Assembly (NCBI RefSeq): GCF_963676685.1
Contig: NC_092352.1
Span: 4,588,001-4,652,000 of the forward strand
Direction: 5' to 3'
DNA length: 64,000 nucleotides
Origin: Mytilus edulis
Lineage: Eukaryota
This document shows, piece after piece, positions 54,601-63,863 of the stretch. The first letter of the stretch is position 1. Each line of letters starts with the position of its first letter. The position numbers were made by a program, and so were the translations under genes. The notes below the pieces were generated by a model. The model had not been told where the DNA came from. It did no database searches and was given only the letters and a program-made list of their open reading frames with translations.

Positions 54601-54706
54601 GTCTGTGTTCCTATGCAGTTTTGATCCGGACTTGAAATAGTTTTATCACATGATCCCCAAGAGGTCCATGTACTTGTTACTATAGCTTCAGAGATAACTA
54701 TTTGAT
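417..54706 (-). CDS. Polycystin-1-like (PKD1L/REJ family) receptor gene, 22 coding exons traced, incomplete at both ends
   Basis: The exons below join with GT-AG sites in compatible phases and no stops. They encode TSP1 x3, REJ, GAIN/GPS, TM1, PLAT (TGLHRHAGTKS, KIWHDNSG, SWYL, FICDQWL) and the PKD1-type TM region (HLWLSV...SNFTRIERLACCLSLLFLTMISNAMFY). Confidence 0.93.
1446..1489 (-). ncRNA. Type I hammerhead ribozyme
   Basis: Minus strand reads GCGTCA CTGATGA GTCT TTTGT AGAC GAAAC GCGC GTC^TGGCGT. Confidence 0.9.
1811..1854 (-). ncRNA. Type I hammerhead ribozyme
   Basis: Identical motif 365 nt from the 1446-1489 copy. Confidence 0.9.
2244..2373 (-). CDS. PKD1L exon
   Basis: 130 nt, phase 0-1; (DPLK)IILLSLVFSWMVK... 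Confidence 0.85.
2998..3545. repeat. Dispersed repeat, inverted relative at ~53850-54243
   Basis: ataaaggcaacagtagtatac..gttcaaaa matches the reverse complement of 54200-54243. Confidence 0.7.
4207..4909 (-). CDS. PKD1L exon, end of PLAT and TM2-TM5
   Basis: 703 nt, phase 2-0; YLFICDQWLSLD...HLWLSV...LPFWC...EWL...DPLK. Confidence 0.95.
5572..5933 (+). mobile_element. Single retrozyme monomer, variant A (hammerhead at 5849-5892)
   Basis: Near reverse complement of the 1407-1985 unit; intact core; loop II tttgt and different flanks from variant B. Confidence 0.88.
5966..10635 (+). mobile_element. Non-LTR retrozyme tandem array: 13 monomers of 355-360 bp, each with a type I hammerhead ribozyme (variant B)
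   Basis: Consensus unit motif GCGTCA-CTGATGA-GTCT(tatgt)AGAC-GAAAC-GCGC-GTC^TGGCGT. Predicted cleavage after 6325, 6681, 7037, 7395, 7754, 8109, 8465, 8823, 9180, 9536, 9892, 10249 and 10606. Confidence 0.92.
6288..6331 (+). ncRNA. Type I hammerhead ribozyme (representative array copy)
   Basis: Complete core CUGAUGA/GAAA/GUC; helix I GCGUCA:UGGCGU, helix II GUCU:AGAC, 2-bp helix III closed by palindromic GCGC. Confidence 0.92.
10876..11036 (-). CDS. PKD1L exon, PLAT domain part 2
   Basis: 161 nt, phase 0-2; LKIWHDNSGQGNSASWYLNKIILEDVQT. Confidence 0.94.
11960..12230. repeat. Abundant dispersed repeat (other copies ~29250-29580, 33280-33460, 35005-35275, 39865-40040, 60080-60210, 63220-63920)
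   Basis: Shared sequence ...gcggtatgggctttgctcattgttgaaggccgtacggtgacctatag...ggcaatcataccacatcttc. Confidence 0.8.
12345..12533 (-). CDS. PKD1L exon, PLAT domain part 1
   Basis: 189 nt, phase 0-0; LSDN...YLYILTVFTGLHRHAGTKSRI. Confidence 0.93.
13474..13707 (-). CDS. PKD1L exon, second half of GPS plus TM1
   Basis: 234 nt, phase 0-0; TVCECSSPPGNSFATTFYVPPNTIDF...VFATVVSLVLLFILLCVWAFRQD. Confidence 0.93.
15283..15422 (-). CDS. PKD1L exon, first half of GPS motif
   Basis: 140 nt, phase 1-0; PRRRRSLST...GCRVWDTVKQKWNKTSCQ. Confidence 0.9.
16150..16606 (-). CDS. PKD1L exon (GAIN-B)
   Basis: 457 nt, phase 0-1; YDHTPFSW...ISSKTVTVSV...YIRKKEPPTEDEYD...VYIGI. Confidence 0.88.
16852..17246. mobile_element. 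MITE with TTAA TSD (Kolobok-like)
   Basis: ttaa|GGATGTTTGCT ... AGCGAACATCC|ttaa. Confidence 0.7.
17407..17637 (-). CDS. PKD1L exon (GAIN)
   Basis: 231 nt, phase 0-0; VKNEVQVLLDSISNIGHVL...QAVQ. Confidence 0.82.
19850..19938 (-). mobile_element. Truncated retrozyme B fragment with mutated hammerhead
   Basis: CTGATGA core present; GAAAC changed to GAAAG, breaking helix III. Confidence 0.8.
20555..20905. repeat. Dispersed repeat, second copy at ~43490-43840
   Basis: Near-identical aaattgagaa..ggaaatgg..gggacaggcgcaaaa..tacctcta.ccaatgtagaaaagtaaa. Confidence 0.8.
21180..21330 (+). mobile_element. Decayed SINE with Meta-type core (similar remnant ~37195-37280)
   Basis: ggtcaaacaaaga..aaattggtattttctgtttc..gcggcatttacgagtaaga..aaagactggtcggctcggagtcag resembles the bivalve Meta-SINE core as I recall it. 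Confidence 0.45.
23593..23813 (-). CDS. PKD1L exon (GAIN-A helical region)
   Basis: 221 nt, phase 1-0; GMLRVLNNALEAIL...FKNDV. Confidence 0.83.
23995..24631. repeat. Long imperfect inverted repeat (foldback), ~260-bp arms
   Basis: 23995-24260 is the reverse complement of 24380-24631. Confidence 0.85.
24875..24977 (-). CDS. PKD1L exon
   Basis: 103 nt, phase 0-1; SKAFEGNKGLLEKLL...ISTCQ; needed to bridge phases of its neighbours. Confidence 0.8.
25150..25960 (+). pseudogene. Decayed Penelope-like element reverse transcriptase
   Basis: Frameshifted pieces MLEFLIDNIFV..FQQIV / MGTNCAPFLVDLFL / FRYIDDVLSIN / YDKIDDFNF.. Confidence 0.85.
26110..26430. repeat. Dispersed repeat adjoining Penelope RT 3' ends (copies ~43850-44190, 60985-61330; inverted fragments 15480-15640, 38540-38650, 57940-58140)
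   Basis: Shared atagtgatt..aatgttgactgctgtaccc..ccaccattttctacat..gttcagtatttttg. Confidence 0.7.
26510..27270 (+). pseudogene. Second, older Penelope-like RT remnant
   Basis: Recognisable IPMGTN, FRYIDD, IYPSEFEI and FYGH remnants with many stops. Confidence 0.65.
27501..28043. mobile_element. MITE with ~60-bp TIRs and 9-bp TSD (Mutator-like)
   Basis: CATCTTCGCTAGCC...GGCGGATTGAG inverted at both ends; flanks cttctcaat / cttcttaat. Confidence 0.82.
28281..28418 (-). CDS. PKD1L exon
   Basis: 138 nt, phase 0-0; QLTYFSTIL...TANSSA. Confidence 0.8.
29078..29688 (+). mobile_element. Helentron-associated (HINE/DINE-1-like) element interrupted by a dispersed repeat at ~29250-29580
   Basis: T-rich start TTTTTATACCCCAC, (GTCC/GTTC)n microsatellite 29125-29170, GTGGGGCAT sub-terminal inverse and a short 3' hairpin. 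Confidence 0.55.
29901..30065 (-). CDS. PKD1L exon
   Basis: 165 nt, phase 0-0, stop-free; NTTTTLFDTEPAQW...NDIIE. Confidence 0.8.
30382..30531 (-). CDS. PKD1L exon
   Basis: 150 nt, phase 0-0; VLPNYTT...TPVTDL. Confidence 0.82.
32490..33090. repeat. 36/33-bp minisatellite derived from an exon splice donor
   Basis: Unit tatgtttattactatgtgtccatacctgtccgatat; 15 extra CAG|GTATG copies on the minus strand. Confidence 0.9.
33091..33215 (-). CDS. PKD1L exon (end of REJ)
   Basis: 125 nt, phase 1-0; IKPGIETDGYDVTIKIQIYDIF; NAGNAG acceptor; alternative in-frame donor would extend the exon to 33049. Confidence 0.82.
34613..36695 (-). mobile_element. Non-autonomous Helitron with nested insertions
   Basis: Minus strand starts A|TCTATA(CTATTAA) and ends with hairpin CCCGCGATTTCGCGGG, then GTGTTCTAG|T. 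Confidence 0.72.
35790..36689. mobile_element. Tc1/mariner-pogo-type MITE
   Basis: TIR CAGT(C/A)AAACCTG..AAACCGG, TA duplication on both sides, internal AACCGG repeats. Confidence 0.8.
36879..37022 (-). CDS. PKD1L exon (REJ)
   Basis: 144 nt, phase 1-1; GWNDEG...QLNYRI...LLYYG. Confidence 0.85.
38212..38385 (-). CDS. PKD1L exon (REJ)
   Basis: 174 nt, phase 1-1; NILPYGGSCEI matches the REJ N-x-x-P-x-GG-x-C motif. Confidence 0.88.
38830..39140 (-). pseudogene. Penelope-like RT 3' fragment
   Basis: SQLIRYSRAFTCYSD...LKKFTGRYKDLVDNY, homologous to 25700-25960. Confidence 0.7.
40650..43250. repeat. 43-bp minisatellite, homogeneous core ~40750-41850 with degenerate flanks
   Basis: Unit aatcaaattgtcatctaacagaaagtgaatgtctaacagtttt. 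Confidence 0.9.
44277..44458 (-). CDS. PKD1L exon (REJ)
   Basis: 182 nt, phase 2-1; (IE)CRLNC...SLKASCSFC...KFWWKV. Confidence 0.88.
45365..46997 (-). CDS. PKD1L large exon, start of REJ domain with long insertion
   Basis: 1633 nt within the 554-aa ORF, ttgcag|..GA|gtaagt, phase 1-2; AFIKGGAGRTIG..FDARSVS..FTWIC. Confidence 0.9.
47204..47354. other. Assembly gap (151 N) inside a PKD1L intron
   Basis: Run of N. Confidence 1.
47692..47865 (-). CDS. PKD1L exon, TSP1 repeat 3
   Basis: 174 nt, phase 1-1; VAGQWGEWGALGNC...RSRKCDNPVNICGGEYCIG. Confidence 0.9.
49200..50230 (+). pseudogene. Highly decayed LINE (L1/Tx1-like) ORF2 3' end
   Basis: FRWKLLQYIV..WKI..EENY.H.F..C resembles the zf-RVT region; many stops. 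Confidence 0.45.
52904..53068 (-). CDS. PKD1L exon, TSP1 repeat 2
   Basis: 165 nt, phase 1-1; DGGYTLWGEWDDCSQKC...RSRKCHNPTPCNGGKDC. Confidence 0.9.
54521..54706 (-). CDS. PKD1L exon, divergent TSP1 repeat 1
   Basis: ttctag|..|gtaagt, 186 nt, phase 1-1; WTSWGSCDK...CIGTQTR...ETRDC. Confidence 0.8.
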
Positions 54707-54829
54707 CTAGAAATAAAAGCCGAATATATAGTTGCTTTCTTGTGAGTGTCCGTTCTATATGCTACTGTTGTAATTTTTACCATAGAAATAGAAAAGCAGA
54801 ATTACCAACAAATAACAAAAACTCAAGTG

Positions 54830-55720
54830 TAAAAACGATAGACGACAACACCATGGACAAAAGCAAACAGATGAAAAGACTAAAAGAGTCCACACAATAC
54901 TACACAGTAACTAACGATAGACGACAACATCATGGCCAAAGTAAACAGATGAATAGACTAAAAGAGTCCACACAATACTACACAGAAACTTACGATAGAC
55001 GACAACACCATGGACAAATGCAAACAGAAGAAAAGACGAAAAGAGTCCACACAATACTACACAGAAACTTACGATAGACGACAATATCATGGACAACAGC
55101 AAACCGATGAAAAGACTAAAAGAGTCCACACAATTCTACACAGAAACTTACGATAGACGACAACACCATGGACAAATGCAAACAGATGAAAAGACTAAAA
55201 GAGTTCACACAATACTACACAGAAACTTACGATAGACGACAACACCATGGACAAAATTAAACAGAAGAAAAGACTGGAAGAGTCCACACAATACTACACA
55301 GAAACTTACAATAGACGACAACACCATGGACAAAAGTAAACAGATGAAAAGACTAAAAGAGTCCACACAATACTACACAGAAACTTACAATAGACGACAA
55401 TATCATGGACAAAATTAAACAGAAGAAAAGACTGGAAGAGTCCACACAATACTACACAGAAACTTACAATAGACGACAACATCATGGACAAAAGCAAACC
55501 GATGAAAAGACTAAAAGAGTCCACACAATACTACACAGAAACTTACGATAGACGACAACACCATGGACAAAAGTAAACAGATGAAAAGACTAAAAGAGTC
55601 CACACAATACTACACAGTAACTAAAAGAGTCCACACAATACTACATAGAAGTTAAAAGAGTCCACACAATATTACACAGAAACTAAATGAGTCCACACAA
55701 TACTATACAGAAACTAACGA
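54830..55720. repeat. 79-bp tandem repeat (~10 units) ending in ~31-bp subunits
   Basis: Unit acgatagacgacaacaccatggacaaaagcaaacagatgaaaagactaaaagagtccacacaatactacacagaaactt. Confidence 0.9.
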
Positions 55721-58149
55721 TTGAGCAACACAAGCCAAAGTTCTATTATGTAGTTGTTGAAGATATATCAAAGTCAATCACGACCAATACAAAATCATTA
55801 CATGGATATAAGCAATTATATATCACCATACGGCATTTATCAATTAGAAAAAAAATCATACCGTATACTCGTTAATTTATATTTATATTTTGGAATTTGT
55901 ATACTTTAGAATTTCAGCCGTGTTTTAAGTATATCAACATAAAATTAGTCTTAAATATTTCCACAATTATATTTTTGTGATATCATAATGTTATGCCGGC
56001 TCCCCGTAGTTATTCAGTGTTATTTTTAATATACATGTTCGTTGTTGTTATCATCCATGATCAGAAGTTGGTTATCGAATGTGTTTGATAAGTCAGGAAA
56101 GGCTTATTTTTGTACATATAAAACTATTAATTTGTATGATTTAAACCTGTGTATTTTTGTTTTTGAGACAGATAACGTTTATGCTCGTACTGTTGGAAAA
56201 TGAACGTAGGCCATAAATTTTTATTTACCGCTGTAAATAATAATAATATGGTGATTCTTGTTGGCTCAATTTTACATCTGATAATTTTTTATGTTTGGGT
56301 TTCTTTTGTGTATGATTGCTAATTTCTCGGAACAGTTAGAGACTGTAAATAACTCTCGTTCCGATTTTTAATGTTTGTCACCGATTTAGGTGACAGTTAC
56401 ATGTTTGATGTGTAGTTAGAATGCTCGTTTCTTGTTGACTATCGATTGCTATATACAGTAGTTTGTATCTGTTTGTATCCATTACAAACGTTTTCCAAGC
56501 TTTTAGTTTCATTTTAAATACATAAATTATATTTATTTGTGAAGAACATGTCATTGTTTACTAGTTTGTCACCGTTAAGGGAATTTCCCTAAGAAGAAAG
56601 ATGGCTCGTGATTGGGCGTCTCTATATAAGCTCAATTCTCATTAGTCAATTTAGAATATAAATACGTGTGGTTGGCTGCGTCAAGGGAGATAGCTCAAAC
56701 TTGTGGAAAGAGTCGTATCAAATAGATAGATAAACTAAATACAAATATGTCGGATGTAATGAATTTAAAAGTTAGTATTGTGAAATATATTATAGGATTA
56801 TAATTATATAAAAGGTGACGGTGACAAATATAAGTTCCGATGATTAATTCCCGGTGACGGTGACGGTGACCATAGCTGTAGGTGACGGTGACTAAATATG
56901 CCGGTGACGGTGACTAAACTTGTGGGTGACGGTGACTTAATACTTTTGTCACCAGATTCGGAGATTCAGATGTGTATATTATAAATTAATGAAAATATAA
57001 CCGTGGCTATTGAGATAGTATTAAATATAAATAATTATAATTGAAAAACATATATGTTATGTTTTTAATATAACAGTTTGAGGAAGATCAAGCCTTTTGA
57101 TCTTGTTTAGTAAAAGTAATTATAACTATGATTGAAACGTTTGTATAAAGGATTTGTGTTAAAGAAAAGCTATACATATATAGCTTATGAGTAGTATTCT
57201 CCCACGTGAATAGTTGTAAGACCAACCATACCCGGGGGCACTGACCAGTGACAGCACCGAGATTCCAGACTTGTTCCAGTATTTTATCTCATTAATAAAA
57301 TGTTGAACTTCATAAATATTCTAGTTCATTTTAATAATACTCATGACAACAGGACTGCAATAGTACATTAATACACCTCTATTGGTATATAATTCCTTCG
57401 TCCTATTTCGGGTTTAGATTGGTGGTTTAAATTAAGATACGTTTCCCGACCTCTAATATATTCCTTTTTGTGTAACCCTGTTATCTCTGGTGACCGACTC
57501 TAACGCCAGAGAGGCAGCGTAACAATATTTCCTTAACCACCAATTGGCTCTCGTATTCCAGTAATTGTTTTCCGACAACTTGAATGCGCGCCATAGACAA
57601 TTGGTTGTCTATATAAACTATTACAAATAGCTCTTCATTCAAATCCATGAATCATTTTTCCATAAAACTTGTTAGTTTATGTTTTATTTATTTTTTTACT
57701 CAAAACGAAGTCATGCTGACTTAAAAAACAATTACAATTTTCTATATCATGTCGTTGGTGTCTTTTTTAAGTATCTACGTAAAAGATTTTTAAAATTCTA
57801 TATACTTGTATGCAATCATTTTCATCAGTTGTGATAAGTGTAATTGTTTTAATTGTTAATTACCTAAAAAAAGAAACAGAACAAAACCACACAGACGTGC
57901 ATTATTTTTGTTATTCAATTAGCCAATTGTATTTATTTGGTAAAAAGTAAAATAACAAAAATACCGATCTCCGATGAAAATTCAAAACGGAAAGTCCCTA
58001 ATTAAACGGCAAAATCAAAAGTTTAAACACATCAAAAATATGGATAACAACTAAAAGTACCGAGCCACGTCAAATGAACATTACCAAAAATAGACTAAAC
58101 AGTAAAAATGATAATTTACAGACAAATAAAAGAATATATAACACGTTAA

Positions 58150-59458
58150 TAGACATTTGCGAAAACTCGCATACACCTACGATTAGGATTACGATTACAC
58201 TTACAGGTAACATTTAAACTTTGGTCGTCTCAAAGTGTAAATACAAACTTTCGTTCAAAACCAATGCTATCTCATTTATGATGATTTTAAATGTTGAACA
58301 ATTGAGTTTTCAAGCAAAATATGTAACTATAATTAACATATTTAATATTGGTCGTTGTGTTAAACTATAGTTTAAGTATGCCACTCTAAAGTATGCATAT
58401 GTTGAAGGCCGTACATTGACCTATAATGATTTAATGATGAACTACATGTAGCGACATAAAGAATTTCGTTGATAACAAGCAACCGATATTCTTTCTTTGA
58501 AGTAACAGATGAAACTCCTGAAACTTCGCTCCAAATTGTAGCCGATGTGAACGTTCTTTTCAGACACCGGTCGAAATCATACGCTTTCTCCAAGAAACAG
58601 AATACTTCTTTTTATGCTCTAGTTACGATCGTATCCGTCATATCACATGCTTTCTGTAATATTTGACGTTAGTGTTTCGACTATTAAAGATGAAATGCAT
58701 GCATGTATACCTATTTTTGAAGAAACATATAGTCGTCTCATTCATTGGCCTTCTTTGGATGAATGGCAGGACTTACAAGGTGGGTAAGGGAAAAGTTCCG
58801 TTTGCAGTAGGGGCTATTGACGGAAATTCAACTGAAATTTATAGGCCGATAACAGAACCACAGGAACAATATTATTCGGGACACAGACAATATTACTGCA
58901 TTCATACTCAAGGTGTTACATCGAACGAAGGCAGGATATATGCTATGTCGAATGTGGATTTCTGGGACATCAAAACGATGCTCAGCAATATATATTCATG
59001 CGAAATATTGGACAACAACTTCCTGTCCCGGATGAGCTATTTCTGCTGGGCGACAAAATTTTTCAAAACAGACATCCAGTACTGACAGCTTATACTAGAC
59101 AACAAATTATTTGAAAACCCCGGAATATGCAGAGAAAATGTAGAAAGTTAAATAGACTGATAACCCACTTTAGAGTTAACTTAAAGGTTGAACACGCAAT
59201 CGGAGAATTAAAAAAATATAAAGTTATGGGGACTTTGTGGAGACATCCACGACAGCGATTAACACCTGTTGTGACCATATGCGCTGACTTCGTTTGTCGC
59301 CGTAAAGACGTATTTACATAATGAAAAAAATCAATTTACTATGTATCTTTATTTGTTTTTGTTTTTTTTCATTTTGAGATGACCCTTTGTTTTTTTTAAC
59401 TGTAATCGTAAGTCTAAGGTGTAATCCTAAGTGTAGACCTAGTTTCCGCAAATGTCTA
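58150..59458 (+). mobile_element. DNA transposon of the PIF/Harbinger-ISL2EU group with a disrupted DDE_Tnp_4 transposase
   Basis: TIR TAGACATTTGCG(A/G)AAACT at both ends, TTAA on both flanks. Fragments YPSYHMLSVIFDVSVSTI (HTH), GAIDG..IYRP..QEQYYSGH, GFLGHQND, LLGDK, VEHAIGELK are split by frameshifts and stops. Confidence 0.85.
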
Positions 59459-60474
59459 TTAAGATGACAAACAACGCCAGTACCTAGAATTTACACTTGA
59501 CGACCATCGTGTATTATTTGTGAAGTTGATATAGAATAATTAAAATTATTATTCAAATGCAGAAAATTAGTACAGTTTATATTATTATCTCTCTTTATCG
59601 GTTGAATTACAGAACAAACCGTAGATACTAATAAGTACATAACGGTTATTCCCTGTACATAACCCTAATCTTTGAAAGCTGACTGTTTTGCGGTACCTCC
59701 TAAAATCAATCCTGGAACAGGATACAAGTTAATTATAAATGCAGACTTTATCCTAGGTCAGGTCTTAAAAACAAAGCCTTGCCTTAAATTAATGTTTTGT
59801 GACCAGGGGTTGAAGTCATAAAACTTTGTTCAGTGCTCGGAGCATAAAAATCATGCTCGACATGAAATCCAACATTTTGATTGATTGATTTTCGAGTACG
59901 AGTACAACAAACTGACTCGAAAGTTTTATGACCGCAAGGCCAGATGTTTTGTGGGTTATTTGGATCGTTTGGTTTTCTGTCTCATTGATGTATACCCAAC
60001 ACCCCTATCATTCATATATGAAGGAATATAAATGATAATGTAGTGCCCTTTAGTCAATACTGAACAATCGAGGCTAAAAAAAGATGTGGTATGATTGCCA
60101 ATGAGACAACTCTCAACCAGAGACCAACTGACATAGAAGTTAACCCCTGTGGCCTGCAACGATGAGCAAAACCCATACCGCATAGTCACCTTTGAAAGGT
60201 CTCGAAATGACAATAACAGATTCATAAAGCAGTAACAAGAATTCTAATAAAAATTATATTGAAAAGTCTATAGATTGTAACTCAAAATAAGGACACTTTT
60301 ATATTAAGGGATTCCATATTACAGTTTGACAGCTTCAGACATACTTATTTTTGACCTTTATAAACTAGACAAAATCATTACTTTACCTAAAAATTCATAC
60401 TCATACATTTGGAACATAACACTTCACTACAAACACGGGCCTAACGAATCAGTCGGGAAAAATATAAACCTTTA

Positions 60475-60660
60475 TGAACTCATCATACATACCTAGATAA
60501 AAAAGATGTGTACGCCACACGTGCGTTTCTTCTACAAAAGCTTATTAGTGACGCTCAAGTCAAAAAAGTTACAAAGGTCATATTAAGTAGGAAGTTGAAG
60601 AGCATTGAGGACCTACAATTTAGAATGGTTCTGGGAAATACAAGTAAGATATTTTATTCC
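60475..60660 (-). mobile_element. Decayed retrozyme A fragment
   Basis: Aligns by eye to 1407-1600; core degenerate (CTAATAA). Confidence 0.75.
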
Positions 60661-63285
60661 TAGAAGAAGGTACAGAAAGAACATCAGCATTTAAAAAAAT
60701 AATATGAAGAATAGGGAACCAAAAATCGTCTTTTTCCGTTAAGTCATAAAACAAATTTTGAAAACAAATCGTAATTCTAATAAAAAACTAAGACAACATT
60801 CATCAACGCTAATGATATATAGGTGAAAAGTGAAACTAGTAAACCTAAAAAAATTATCCGAAATGGCCATTTTGGTATGGACAGCTCTTTAAAGATTGAA
60901 TAAATCGATGAGACACTTTGAGTCTTTCCGTCCATTTTCAGATTTATACACTGCGGTAAACTCATGACTGTTCAGACACTTGTTTTTCTTTGTTGACATA
61001 TTTGTTTGTTTTTATAGTGATTAAGATTATAACACAATGTTGACTGCTGTATCCCATTTTTGACATTTTTACTAATTATGTCCGCTTGTTTTGTTCACAC
61101 ATTGTTGTCAACATAATGGAATTTTATGCGATTGTCATACAATTGAGAGCTAGCTATAGAACCAAGTTTAATCCACCATTTTCTACATAAGGAAATGTGC
61201 GTATCAAGTCAGGAATTTACAGTTGTTTTCCATTTGTTTGATGTGTTTGACCTTTCAATTTTGCATTTTGATTATGGACTTTCCGTTTGAATTTTCCTTG
61301 GAGTTCGTTATTTTTGTTATTTTACTTTTTACTTGTTCGCTTGCTGTTAATTAAGATCTGTTAAGTCTACTTTCCGACTGTGAAGTAGATGTTATTTAAC
61401 TGTACACATAAACATCATACTAACAAAGAAGGTACCAAAGAATCATTCAAACTCATACATGTCATAAGTCGAAAATAAACGGACAATGATATTGCAACAA
61501 CAAAACAAACGAGAAAAAAAAACAACAAGAGACATGAATTGTCTGCAAAGTGCAAATGTATAAATAGCAGTGAATTAATCGTATTGCATAAGTCTGAACA
61601 TTGACGGGAAAATTTGACACGACTTAATGATAAATTTTTCGGTCTTTTCAGATGTTGGTAACATCAAAATGAACATTTAAGACTAAAATGCATTTTACTG
61701 GTTACTGGTGTAACATACATGTTTCCATTAGGGTTTAAAATTTTACAAACAAATAAAAAAGACAGGAGGAACAAACAAAAAACCTTAATATAATAAATCA
61801 AAAGACAGGAGGAACAAACAAAAAACCTTAATATAATAAATCAAAAGCAATCTACATTAAATAGGCGTGTTTTGAACACATTTTTGGTCAACGGAAGTGA
61901 AGGATTTTAAAATGGTTGAACCTTGATAAGAAAGAACATCTATTCTAAGCGATTAATAAAAGTTTCATATATATTCAATCATTTATTTAATCGTTAAAAC
62001 TACGATTTGTATATACTGTCTATGTAAGTGTTATATAAAGGAAAACCATCATCTATATCATTTTTGTAACATAAATTGGATTTTTTCCTTTGATGTTTTT
62101 ATGAAATAATTTGCTTAAAAAGTGTGGTGAGGGAAAACCATGGTATATCATATGCAAATTTATGTTGTACCATAGTTTGCTAATTAAATATACAACTCGA
62201 CTAGAATCTAAAGGAAAAAAGGCGGAGCTTCAGCCATGGTATAACATATTCATTTTCATGTTATTCCATGGCTGAAGCTCCTCCTTTTTTTTTTTTTTAA
62301 ATGTATCCGCCTCTAAAATATTAAGGAAACTGTAAGACGTACTAAAAGGTCAAGATCTTCATTTGTTTTCATTTTATAAGAAAAAGCAATAAATTATGTG
62401 TACCACATTTCAAGAAACCCTTTTCAAACTACATAGAATTGTTACGAATTCCCTTAATTTTGGAAACAATTACTAAATGTTTCTTCTTTCAGTTTTGAAA
62501 AAAATAAAATGTAAAACTATCATTTCCTTTGCGAAAATTCAATTTAAATTCGATTTAAAAAGGGGGTACCTATACAAAAAGGAATAAATATCGGCTACAA
62601 ATATCTGTGAAAAAACATGATTATAGGGGACATACACTATCTACGCCCTGGATCCGCCACTGTTAAAATATTGTTTTATCATTAAAATTGTGTTTTAATA
62701 AATACTCTAATAAAATAACGGAAGAGAAGCATTTTTCAATTAGATGAAAATTCTGTAAAATATGATTAACTTGTATGATACATTAAAAAAAAATGAAAAC
62801 AATTCTTACTGGAATCCGACATTTTTGTTTACCTCAGTCTGATGACATTATGAAATTACCTGCGCCTACAATCATACACGGGGCGCAAAACTAAAAACCA
62901 ATCGGGGAAAATCCGACATTTTCTTTACTTTCTGCAAATTCAGGGGTTCTATTACATGAAGTACAAAGACGACCATACACGAAGCGCAAAAGTGACTTGC
63001 GCGAGCTTCCATTTCATTGGATAAAACTGTAACGTGATCAATTTCCAATATTAGTTGAAGGTCTTGAAGCTGTAAATCATTTTATCTATATTACAAATTT
63101 CATATACCATGTGTCTTACTCATTAACATATTTAAACAAACTCATCCTTCGGATTCGTTTGTTTAAATAAGTTAACTCGTAAAAACCATGGTATATATAG
63201 TACTTATAATATAAAAAAGAAATTTGGTATGATTGCCAATAAGACAACTCTCCACAAAAGACCAAATTACTCAGAAATAAACAAA

Positions 63286-63863
63286 GGAGTAAGTCCGGTA
63301 AGGGCCGATTTTGGCCTCAAATTTCAGGTTCATCTAACGAACGTTTTTGGACACTTTTTAAACACTTAAGTGTCTATTTCAATTGATTCGATTAGTTTAT
63401 GTGAAAGATTTTAACTGATTTAGTCATTAAAAACGCTTTGATTCAAGCTTAAATATGAAAAATCTATCAAATATGCCAAAAAACGTAACTTTTTAGATGG
63501 TTTTTGTCAAAAATGAATGTGGCCGCATCTGTGTTCATCCTCAACCTTTATATATGTTTTGTATTATCATCAAATACAACTTACATTTCAATATTATGAA
63601 TGAACACGTATGCGGCCACTTTCATTTTAGACGGAAACCGTCTAAAAATAAACCAAAATGCTAACATTTTGAAGATTTCAGTAATTTAGCATGACTTAAT
63701 GATGCTAGAACGCGATATTTGTGCATTTTATCGTCAAAAACAGCTCATATTTATGTAGCAGAAGCATTTTACTTTCCAAAATATAGCTTAAAGATTACAT
63801 TTTCACAATTTTCTAAAACTGCTATATTTTGGGGCCAAAAAGGGGTCTTAGTGAACCTTCTCC
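63286..63863. mobile_element. TIR element inserted at AAA|TTT without a TSD (Spy-like MITE)
   Basis: aaa|GGAGTAAGTCCGGTAAG...CTTAGTGAACCTTCTCC|ttt, splitting a copy of a common dispersed repeat. Confidence 0.6.

Noticed and set aside
54742-55524. ORFs in the 79-bp repeat
   Set aside because: Tandem-repeat artefacts; the unit length is not a multiple of 3.
57190-57600. Relatively GC-rich, coding-looking island
   Set aside because: Frames checked on the minus strand are interrupted by stops, with no recognisable motif or convincing splice sites.
62810-62822. Possible first coding exon (CAAAA ATG TCG GAT TCC A|GTAAG), phase-compatible with the first TSP1 exon
   Set aside because: It would give no signal peptide, is only 13 nt, and a similar motif recurs at ~62911; unsupported without RNA data.
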